From: Squalus acanthias
Taxonomy: Eukaryota
Assembly: GCA_030390025.1 (NCBI GenBank)
Contig: JASTWF010000356.1
Span: forward strand, 248,001 to 312,000
Reading direction: 5' to 3'
Length of the DNA stretch: 64,000 bases
The translations under genes and the position numbers were made by a program. This document shows positions 22,851-33,640 of the stretch, piece by piece; the first letter of the stretch is position 1, and every line of letters starts with the position of its first letter. The notes beneath the pieces are model-generated. The model did not search any database and was not told the origin of the DNA. It was given only the letters and a program-made list of their open reading frames with translations.

Positions 22851-23281
22851 GTAAGAGAGAATCCCATTGACTCAGATAAACACTGGTCCTGGAGCTGGAC
22901 TGGGGAGAAAGGGCAGAGAGAGTCCCATTGACTCAGATACACAATAGTCCTGGAGATGGACTGGGGAGAAAGGTCAGAGAGTCCCATTAACTCAGATACA
23001 CACTGGTCCTGGAGATGGACTGGGGAGAAAGGTCAGAGAGAGTCCCATTGACTCAGATACACACTGGTCCTGGAGATGGACTGGGGAATAAGGTCAGAGA
23101 GTCCCATTGACTCAGATACACACTGGTCCTGGAGATGGACTGGGGAGAAAGGGCAGAGAGAGAGTCCCATTGACTCAGATAAACACTGGTCCTGGAGATC
23201 GACTGGGGAGAATGGTCAGAGAGTCCCATTAACTCAGATACACACTGGTCCTGGAGATAGACTGGGGAGAAAGGTCAGAGA
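22826..23281 (+). repeat. ~60-bp minisatellite (~7.5 units; 59-63 bp through variable (GA)n)
   Basis: Unit 'ggagatggactggggagaaaggtcagagagagtcccattgactcagatacacactggtcct'. Confidence 0.97.
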
Positions 23282-23282
23282 A

Positions 23283-23345
23283 GTAGCAGCTGTTAAATTG
23301 TAGAATGGCCTACTCCTGCTCCTATTTCTTCTGTTCTTATGGTCT
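23283..23345 (+). mobile_element. CR1 3'-tail fragment
   Basis: 'gaatggcctactcctgctcctatttcttctgttcttatggtctt', the same tail type as ~2320-2355. Confidence 0.75.
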
Positions 23346-25683
23346 TTAATGCAGAAATCAGACAAGCATGTAGCAAAGGCAGAGTGAGTTTAATTGGGAA
23401 TTTAACTTTCATATAGATTATGATAAGCAGGGTAGCACATGTCAGAAAGGTAGGGAAATTCTTTAGCGTGTACGGAATAGTTTACTGCCACTATATACCC
23501 TTGAACCAACAAACGGCAGGCCATATTAGATTTAGAAATTAGTAATGAGCAGCTTTAGTTAACAGCCTAACTGTGCGTGAACATTTATCAAACAGGGGTC
23601 ATAATATAATCGTAGTATTTGAAAGGGCGATACAGACAACAGCTGTTAAGATTTTAGATTTATGTAAGGCTGACTTCAATGCGATGAGCCAGAGGCTGTC
23701 TACAGTAAACTGGGGACTCTGTTCATGGGTCAAACGACAGAAGGTCAGTGGGAGGCGTTCAAAAATAATTAAACTTGTTACAGAACCGGTATATACCGTT
23801 AAGGGGCAAGAGCGCTATTTGCCAAAAGAAACTGCCATGGATGACAAAAGCGGTAAGGGTAAAATAAAACTCAAAGGTAATGCATAAAAATGCAAAATCT
23901 ACCACAGATGCTGGTGAATGGGATAGATACAAAGACGAACAAAAGATGACAAAACAGACAGCAAGAGATACAAAAAGGAATATGAAAAGAAACTTGCAAG
24001 AGATATCAAAATCAACACTTTTTTCACAATTATATGGGGAAAGAGAAGGTGTTCGGGAGAAATGTGGGCCCTCTTCAAAACTGATAACGATGATATTGGA
24101 AATGGAATTAAGCAAATGGCAGACATATTGAAGAATTATTGTGCCAGTGCTTACAGTAGAGGAAAAGGATGGCATGCCGAACATTACAAGTCAATTAATA
24201 TTGAATCAGGAACGGGGATTCAGCAAAATTAACGTGAGCAAAATAACAGTAGTTAAGAAAATAATGGCAAGAACGTGTGAGAAATCCACAGGAGCAGATG
24301 TTTTCTATCGCAGGATTTTCAAGGAAGTCGGTGACAACATTATGAGTGGCCTAACTACAATCTTCCAAAGTTCTCTCAATTCGGGAACCGTGCCTTTAGA
24401 TTGGAAAATTGTGCATGCAACTCCACTATATAATAAAGCTGAGACCGGGAAACAAGCAAATTATAGACCAGTTTGCTTCACATCTGTTCTCGGGAAATTA
24501 ATAGAATCTATAATTAAGTATAGAGTTACTGAACAACTTGATATTTTTAGCTGTTCAGTGAGCCAGCATGGATTTGTAAAGGGTAGAACATGCCTGACGA
24601 AACTGATTGACTTTTTTGAATAGGTGACTAATGTAGTGGACAGGGGAATGTCTATGGATGTTATTTATATGGACTTCCAGAAGCCATTTGATTAAAGTCC
24701 CTCGTAAGAACCAATGTGGAAGTGCACGGAATTGAAGGCAAATTATTTACCTGGTTAGGACATTGACTGAGTTGCAGGAGACAGAGAATAAGGATAATAA
24801 GCAGGTACTCTAATTGGAAGGATAGGACGAGTGATGTACCGCAAAGATCTGTGTTCGGGCCTCAACTATTCAACATATTTATTAACGATTTAGATGATGG
24901 GATAGAAAGCCACATATGCAAGTATGCCGTGTAAATGGAAGTATAAAATTTGAAGTTGATTTTAATAGATTAAGTAAATGGGCAAAACGTTGGCTAATGG
25001 ATTTATATGTAGGCAAATGTGAGGTTAAAAGCGATAGAGCATAATACTTTCTAAATAATGTAAAGCTAAAAAAGTCGAGGTCAAAAGAGACTCGGGTGTC
25101 CAAGTACATAGATCATTAAAATGTCATGGACAGGTGCAGAATATAATCAAAAAGACTAATTGAATGCTGGCCTTTATATCTAGAGGACTATAATACAAGG
25201 GGGTCGAAGTTATGCTATAATTATACAACACCCTTTTCAGACCACACCTGGAGTACTGCGAGCAGTTCTCGGCACCAAACATTATGAAGGATATGTTGGC
25301 CTTGGAGGCTGTGCATTGTAGGTTTACCAGAATGATAACTGGTCGCCAAGGTTTCATTTAAGAGGATAGACTACACGAACTACGATTGTATCCCTGAAAT
25401 TTAGAAGGTTAAGGGGTGATTTGAATAAAGTTTTCAAGATATTCAGGGAAATGATAGGGTAGACAGAGAGAAACGATTCCCGCTGGTTGTGGAGTCTAGG
25501 AGCAGGGAGCAGGGTCTAAAAATTAGAGCCAGGCCTTTCAGGAGGGAAGATAGAAAAACACTTCCACGTGCAAAGGGTGGTAGAAGTTTGGAATTCGCTT
25601 CCGCAATCGCCAATTTGTGATTGGTCAATTGCTAATGTTAAATCTGGGATTAGTTTATTTCGTTAACCAATGGTTTGAAGGGT
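23346..25683 (+). mobile_element. Old, heavily decayed CR1 ORF2 (part of EN, linker, RT, C-terminus)
   Basis: ORF 24141-24623 'SGTVPLDWKIVHATPLYNK..NYRPVCFTSVLGKLIESII..SQHGFVKGRTCLTKLIDFFE', followed by a DVIYMDFQK motif; many stops and frameshifts. Confidence 0.92.
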
Positions 25684-25689
25684 CGATGT

Positions 25690-26052
25690 ACTTCTGAAGA
25701 TTCGTTGCTGTTTATTACAGCCAGAACTGACGGTGCAGTCAGTAAGTATGCAATATCAGCTCTTGTGGTGTAAACTCTGTTGTTGCAATCGCAGCTACAA
25801 AGTTAGAAAAACTGGCTGAATGTTCAGTGTTAATGTTCTTAACTAAACTCAGAATGCGTGATGTTGGTTTTGTTATTTCCGTTTCAGTTATTCTGGCTGA
25901 GTGATTTCCTCTATTGCCAGGGTAACAATCTGTCAGATTTCAGAGACGTTGACGCCATTTTATATCCGGAAGACGGCTAGACATTCAGTGTAAACTACAT
26001 TCTATCTGTTCGGGAGTCCAGTAGTAGGAACATCTTCTGGATATTTGCAATA
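25690..26052 (+). repeat. Diverged paralog of 12160-12530
   Basis: Shared collinear words: 'gaactgacggtg', 'aatcgcagct', 'ctgaatgttcag.gttaatgttctt', 'ggttttgttatttc', 'gctgagtgatttcctct', 'cagggtaacaatctgtcagat', 'acatcttctg'. Confidence 0.9.
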
Positions 26053-26091
26053 TTTTTTATATGATTTCCATACCAATAAAATTATATTATA

Positions 26092-26731
26092 ATAGCAACA
26101 GAGGAACAGGAGGAGACTATTCAACCCCTCGAGTCTGTTCCTCCATTCAATTATATCATGGCTGATCTCTATCTTAGATCAATCATCAGCATTGATTCTC
26201 TAACCCTAATAACATAACCTAACAAAAATATGTCAATATTGGTTTTGATTGTGACTGATCTGTATCTTAACTCCTTGGACCTGCCTTGGTTCCAGGACCC
26301 TTAACGCCTAACAAACATCTATTAATCTCAGTTTTGACATTTTGAATTGACCGAGCCTCATCAGCTTTTTGAGGGAAAGTGTTCCAGATTTCCACTACCA
26401 CTTGTGGGAAGAGGAGCTTTCTGAAATCACCTCTGAACAGCCAAGCTCTAATGTTAAGTTCATGCCATCTTGTGCTGGACTCCGCCAACCAGAGGAAATA
26501 GCTTCTCTCTATTTCCCCCATTAAATCCTTTGACTGTACAAAACGCATCAATTCGATCACCCATATTCTCCTATACTCAAGGCAATAAACGACTGATGAA
26601 TCTGCGCTGCATCCTCTCCAAGGCCAGCATATCTTTCCTGAAGTGAGGTGCCCAAAACTGAATAAAATACTCCGAACGGGATCTAACCAGAGCTCTGTTC
26701 AGCTGTAGCATAAATTCTACACCTTTTTAGA
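26092..26731 (-). mobile_element. Older CR1 LINE 3' part with tail (outer element; duplicate of 1-388, extending further)
   Basis: Begins with the reverse-complement CR1 tail 'aggaacaggaggagactattcaacccctcgagtctgttcctccattcaa'; ORF 26267-26560 'SSTRWHEL..FPQVVVEIWNTFPQKA'. Confidence 0.85.
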
Positions 26732-27802
26732 AGTATCATAGAATCATAGAATGGTTACAGCATGGAAGAAGTCCATTCGGCCCGTCGAGCCCGTGCCGAC
26801 TCTCAGCTAGTCCCATTGCCGCATCCTTTCCTCGTAGCCCTGCATTTTTTTCCTGCAGATATTTATCCAACTCCATATTGTAAGATAACATTGAGTCTGC
26901 CTCCACCACCCTTTCAGGCAGTGCATTCCAGATCTTAACCACTCGCTGCGGAAACACGTTTTCTCTGATGTCGTCTTTGGTCCTTTTGCCTATCACTTTA
27001 AATCTGTGTCCTCTGGTTCTCGACAATTCTGCCAATGGGAACACTTTTCCTCTATCTACCCTGTCCATGATTTTGAACACCTCTATCAAATCTCCTCTCA
27101 ATCTTCTCTGCTCCAAGAAGAACAACTCCAGGTTCTCCAGTCTATCAAAGTAACTGAAGTCCCTCATTCCTGGAATCATTCTCGTAAATGTTTTCTGCAC
27201 CGTCTCCAAGGCCCTCACATCCATCCTATTGTGCGCTGCCCAGAATTGGACACAGTACTCCTGTTGGGGCCAAACCAGTGTTTTATACAGATTCATCATA
27301 ATTTGCACACTGTTGAACTCTATATGAAGCCCAGAATCCTTTTTAACTGCTTTCTCAAACTGCCCTTCCGCCTTCAACGATTTATGCACACATGCCCCCA
27401 GGCCTCTCTGTTAGTGCACCCCTTTAAAGATTGTACCATTTAGTTTATTTGTCCACTCCTCTTTCTTTCCACCAAAATACATCACTTCACACTTTTCTGC
27501 ATTAAATTTCATCTACCACGTCTCCGTCCATTTACCCAGCCTGTCTATGTCTTCCTGAAGACTATCGCTCTCCTCCTCACTGATCACTATACTTCCACGT
27601 TCTGTGTCATCTGCACATTTTGATATTGTGCCCTGTACACCCACGTCCAAGTCATTAATATACATCATTAAATGCAGTGGTCCAAGAACCGACCCCTTGG
27701 GAAAACATTGTATACCTTCCTCCAGTCCGAAAAATAACTGTTCAGCACTAATTTCTGTTTCCTGTCACTCAACCAATTTCGTATCCAGGCTGCCACTGGT
27801 CC

Positions 27803-28698
27803 AAAGCTAGGTGGGCCAGTAATCTGCGAGGAGAACACAGAGTCTGCAAAGGGATATAGACAGACAAAGTGATTGGGCAGCAAGGTGGCAGATGGAGAAT
27901 AACGTAGGGAAATGTGAGGTTATTCACTTTGGGAGGAAGAATAGAAAAACAGAATAGATTTTAAATGGTGAGAAACTTTTAAATGTTGGTGTTCAGAGAG
28001 ATTTGGGTGTCCTCGTGCAAAAAACACAGAAAGCTAGCATGCAGGTACAGCAAGCAATAAGGAAGGCAGATAGAATGTTCGCCTTAATTGCAAGGATGTT
28101 GTAGTATAACAGCAAAGAAGTCTTGCTACAATTGTACAGGGCCTTGGTGAGACCACACCTGGAATACTGTGCACAGTTTTGGTCTCCTGATCTGAGGAAG
28201 GATATACTTGCCTTGGAGGCGGTGCAACGAAGGTTCACGAGATTGATTCCTGGGATGAGAGGGCTGTCCTATGACGAGAGATAGTGTAGAATGGGCATGT
28301 AATCTCTGGAGTTAGAAGCATAAGAGGTGATCTTATTGAAACATGTAAGATTCTGAAGGGGATTGACAGGGTAGAAGCTGAGAGGTTGTTTCCCCTGGCT
28401 GGAGTGTCCAGAACTAGGTGGCATAGACTCAGGATAAGGGGTAAGCCATTTAAGACCGAGATGAGGAGGAAGTTCTTCACTCAGATGATTGTGACATTTT
28501 GGAATTCTCTGCCCCAGAGGGCGGTGAATGCTGAGTCTTTGAGTATATTCAAGGCTGAGATAGATAGATTTTTGGACTCTATGGGAATCAAGCGATATGG
28601 AGAGCGGGCGGGAAAGTGGAGTTGAAGTCGATGATCAGCCATGATCTTATTGAGGAGCCGTGTGACCGACTCCTGCTCTTATTTCTTATGTTGTTATA
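27803..28698 (+). mobile_element. 5'-truncated CR1 insertion, duplicate of 1460-2355
   Basis: ORF 28386-28625 is nearly identical to 2043-2282. Confidence 0.9.
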
Positions 28699-29120
28699 TT
28701 GTATTCCATGGGCTTCATTTTTGCTGGCAAGGTTATTATGTGGCACATTATCGAACGTCTTTTGGAAATCCATGTCCACCACGTCAATCGCATTACCCTC
28801 ATTAACCCTGTCTGTTACCTCATCAACAAACTCGATCAAGTTGGTTAAAGACGATTTGCCTATAACAAATCCCTGCTAGCTTTCCTTAATTATCCACCCC
28901 TATGCAAGTGATTGCTGAGTTTGTCCCTGATTGCTGTTTCGAAAAGCTTCCCCACTACCGAGGTTAAACTGACTGGCCTGTATTTGCTGGGTTTAGCTTT
29001 ACACCCTTTTTTGAACAATGGTGTACGATTTTAAATTCTCCAGTCCTCTGGCACCGCCCCCGTATCTATGGAGGATTGAAATATTATGTCCAGTAACTCT
29101 GCGATTGCCGACCTCAATTA

Positions 29121-29647
29121 TGTTTCTTTTTTTTATTGCTTTATGGGATGTGGGCGTCGCTGGCAAGGCCAGCATTATTGCCCATCCCTAATTGCCCTTG
29201 AGAAGGTGGTGGTGAGCCGCCTTCTTGAACTGCTGCAGTCCGTGTGAAGATGGTACTCCCACAGTGATGTTAGGTAGGGAGTTCCAGGATTTTGACACAG
29301 TGACGATGAAGGTTCGGCGATATAATTCTAAGTCAGGATGGTGTGTGACTTGGAGGGGAACTTTGAGGTGGTGGTGTTCCCATGCGCCTGCTGCCCTTGT
29401 CATTCCAGGTGGAAGATGTTTCGGGTTTGGGAGGTGCTGCCGAAGAAGCCTTGGCGAGTTGCTGCAGTGCATCTTGTAGATGGTACACACTGCAGCCACG
29501 GTAAGCCGGTGGTGTAGGGACTGAATGTTTAAGATGGTGGATGGGGTGCCAATCAAGGTGACTGCTTTGTCCTGGATGGTGTCGAGCTTCTTGCGTGTTG
29601 TTGGAGCTGCCCTCATCCAGGCAAGTGGAGAGTATGCCATCACAATC
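29121..29647 (-). mobile_element. LINE 3' end (RSg-1-like), duplicate of 2778-3304
   Basis: ORF 29188-29643 '..KLDTIQDKAV..SLHHRLTVAAVCTIYKMH..HHHLLKGN'. Confidence 0.85.
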
Positions 29648-32641
29648 CCTTTACTATTCTAGGATGCATCCCATCCGCTCCCGGTGATTTATTTACATTA
29701 AGTACAGCCAACATTTCACATAGCTATTCCTTATTAAATGTTATCCTACCAAGTCTCTCTGCTACCACCTCCTTCACTATATCTATGGCAGCATCCTCTT
29801 CCTTGCTGAAGACAGGTGCTAACAACTCACTTAGTACCTCAGCTATGCACTATGCCTCCTGCATAGATCTCCTTTTTGGTTCATAAGCGGCACCACTCCT
29901 CCTCTTTCGACACTTTTACTATGTAAATGCCGAAAGAAGACTTTTGTATTACCTTTTATGTTGGCTGCCATTCTATTCTCATATCCTCTCTTTGCCCCTT
30001 TTTTTTCTTTTTCTCTTCTCCTCTGACCTTTCTCTATATAGCCTGATTCTCAGATGTATTTGCAGTCTGAAATCTGTCATACACGCTCCCTTTCTGCTTC
30101 ATCATATTCTCTATCTCTTAATCATCCAGAGAGCTCTGATTTTAGTTGCCTTACCTTTCTCCCTCGTGGGAATATCCGTCGACTGAACTATTTCCTCTGT
30201 AAAGGCAGCCCATTGTTCCACTACGGTTTTGCCTGCTAATCTTTGATTCCAGTTTACCCGGGCCAGATCCGTTCTCATTCCACTGAAATTGGCCTTCCCC
30301 CCAAAAAAGATTTTTACTCTAGATTGCTCCCTGTACTTTTCCATAGCTAATCTAAACCTTATGATATTATAGTCACTGTTCCCTAAATGTTCCCCTACTG
30401 ACACATGCTCCACTTGACCTACCTCATTCTCCAGAACCAGATCCAGCAATGCCTCCTCCCTCGTCGGGCCGGAAACATACTGATCAGGAAAGTTTTCCTG
30501 AACGCACTTCAGAAATTCTTTCGCTTCTCTGCCCTTAACACTATTACAATCCCAGTCTATATTAGGATAGTTGAAGTCCCCCATTATTACAACTCTATAG
30601 TCCTTGCACCTCTCTTTAATTTCTCTGCTATGTTTTCCTCCATATCTCACCCAATATTTGGTGATCTTTAGAATACACCTAGTCGTGTAATGGCATCTCT
30701 ATTATTTCTTAACTCTAGCATTATAGATTCTGTCCTGTACCCCTCCAGGACATCCTCTCTCTCCAGCACTGTAACATTCTCCTTAAAGAATACTGCCACA
30801 CCACCTCCTATCTTTCCTTCCCTTTCTTTACTGACACCTTATTATTAGGAATATTTAATAACCAATCCTGCCCTCTTTTGAGACAGGTCTCAGTTACCGA
30901 CACAACATCATTTTCCCATGTGGTTATTTGTGCCTCCAGCTCATTTACCCTGTTTACTACGCTTCGTGCGTTGACATACATACATTATAAACCCATCTTA
31001 TATCATCCTGTATTCACGCTGTGTTGGACCCCACCTAATATCTTATTATATCTTACTTTATTGCTCGCTGCCTCTCTCAATCCTTTGAGCCCTTTATGTC
31101 ACCTTTCTAACTTTACTTCCTTTTGCCCATCCACGCACCAAATTTGTTTAAACTCTCCCCAACAGAATTAACAAACATACCCGCGAGGATATTGGTTCTG
31201 GCCCAGTTGAGGTGCAACCCGTCTGGTCTGTACAGGTCCCACCTCACCCAGAACCAATCCCAATGCCATAGGAATCTGAAACCCTTCCCTCCTGCACCAT
31301 CTCTCCAGACACGCATTCTTCTGCTTAGTCCTTCTATTTCTATACTCACTCGCGTGCAGCACCGGGAGTACTGCCTTGGAGGTCCTTAGAGGTTACTACC
31401 TTGGAGATTCTGCTTTTTAATCTCTTTCCTAGCTCCCTAAAATCTGCCTGCTGGACCTCATCCCTCTTTCTACTTATGTCGTTGGTAACAATATGGACCA
31501 CGATCTTTAGCAGTTGACCATCCTCGCTGAGAATGTTCTGCAGCCGCTCATGAACATCCTTAATCCTGGCCCCAGGGAGGCAACGTACCATCCTGGAGTC
31601 ACGTCTGTGGCCGCAGAAACACCTGTCTGCTCCCCTAACTATCGAATCCCCAACCACTCTTGTTCATCCACTCGTCTTCCTTACCCCTGTACATCTGAGC
31701 CACCACTGGTGCCGCGGACTTGGCTCTGGCTGTACTCCCCATAGGAACCATCTCCCTCACCGGTACTCAGAACAGAACATAGGTTAGAGAGCGAGATGCA
31801 TTCAGGGGAGTCCTGCATTACCTGCCGGGTCCTCCTTTTCTGTCTGGCGGTCACCCATTCCCTCTCGGCCTGCACACTCATTGGCTGCGTTATGACCACC
31901 TCCTGAAACGTAGCTCCCAGCCTCACGGATGCACCGCAGTAACACCAGTTGCTGCTCAAGCTCCGAAACCCGGAGCTCGAGCTCCTCCAGCTGACGACAC
32001 CATCTGCACACGTGGTTGACCAGAACACGGGAAGCATCCTGGATTTCCCACATGGCACAGGATGTGCACTCCGTGGGACTGAGCTGCCCTGCCATACCTC
32101 TATTTAATAGGCTATTAACTATCTTTACAGAAATGTAAGACGAAGATGCATCTAATTCAAATTAATAATATAATATAGTATTAACAGTTAATAATTTAAT
32201 ACAGTATTGACAGTTACTAAGTAAATAAAGTATTAACAGTTACCAATCTCTAAGTTTCTGTTTTATCCTTAACCAGCATTTTAAGCCCGGCCCCTTGAGG
32301 AGCAATAAAAAGATTTTTTTAAAACTACGTGACCTTTACCAACCAATCAGTTGCCAGGTGTCCTGTGACCTCCTTGTGGTTTTTCTCTCTCTCCCGCTCT
32401 CTGTGCTGGGTCTCCACCCAGGGCCGCTCTCGCTGCTGATGGTGTCGGTGAGTCTTGCCCGCTCTCTCTCCCCCGCTCTTTAAATCCTCGGTCTCTGCGC
32501 TCGGTCTCCACCCAGGGCCGCTCTCGCTGCTGCTGCCGCCGGAGAGTCTTGCCCGCTCTCTCTCTCCCCCGCTCTTGAAATCCTCGGTCTCTGCGCTCAG
32601 TCTCCATCCAGGGCCGGTCTCCGTCTGATGGTGCCGGCGAG

Positions 32642-33059
32642 TCCAGCCCTCTTGAGAGACAGGCCAATATTGTAACAGCCTTTTTAATTAATGTTGTATC
32701 TGTGCACTTTCTTTCAGTTATTTCTGTAATTGTACACCTATATTTCGCTGCTCCTCCGGTGTTCCTAGCTCCTCGCCATTTGGAAATGACTCTGATCTAT
32801 CTTTCTTAGGTCCACAGTGGGTGGCCGCACACTTTTCAACTTCAGATTACATCTGCCAAAGCTTTGTCCACTCATTAAATCCATCAATGTCCCTTTGCTG
32901 ATTTATGTTCCATTTGCACTGCTTACTGTGCGAACTAACTTAGTGTCGTCAGCAAATTTAGAAACAAGACTCTGTCCTCCTTCATCCAAGTCATTAATAC
33001 AATAGTGAAAAGCTGAATGCCCAATACAGATCACTGGAGACACCACTGGTCACATTCTG
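32642..33059 (-). mobile_element. Older CR1 RT fragment, duplicate of 6299-6716
   Basis: 'ttagtgtcgtcagcaaatttaga' reads SKFADDTK on the minus strand. Confidence 0.82.
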
Positions 33060-33087
33060 TTGATTTTGAGCACAAGATTAATAGGGA

Positions 33088-33640
33088 TCAATAATTCGTA
33101 AGACTTCTTATTGTAATGGTTTAACAACACATTTCTTATATTGATCAGGCTTGTTTCAGTTCCTTTTGTACAGAGAATATTATTCCACACGCTATTCCGT
33201 ACTCCCAGTACAGGGGGCAGTGCAATAAACATTCGTACTTGTCCGCCTGCCAATCTAGCCTTATCCAACAACAGCAGAGAAAAGATTTTCCAGTCCTCCT
33301 TTCTAAGTATGAGCCAGGCCTTCGAGATTCACATATAATACATTAAAAGTCGTATTCGTACCGCACACATCCTGTAAGCGTCACACTTACTGTTGGTGCA
33401 ACTCATGTACTGTCACAGTCATTTCCTGTTGCACATTAAATGTCAATGTTCTGGTTTAACCTTTCACGCGCCATTACTAATAGCAGAGGATTGGATAACG
33501 CCGATTTAATAAGACACATTTTTTCTGCTTACAAATTGTGAGAGAACCTTTATTTAAATGATTGTCAATTTGATTCCAGATAATGAACACATAATAGAAA
33601 AATCGGGTAGTAAAACAGCACAGAGATATGGGAAAAAGAA
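33088..33640 (+). repeat. Duplicate of 6745-7297; diverged paralog of 12600-13095
   Basis: Near-identical to 6745-7297 at offset 26343. Confidence 0.88.

Larger units (their letters stand above)
26734..32641 (-). mobile_element. Near full-length decayed CR1 LINE, duplicate of 391-6298
   Basis: Same ORF fragments at +26343 (26736-27389 RT C-terminus, 30111-30650 EN, 31346-32095 ORF1). Confidence 0.93.

Noticed and set aside
7298..23281. CRISPR-like appearance of the regular short repeats
   Set aside because: Units are head-to-tail with no unique spacers, there are no cas genes, and the context is vertebrate.
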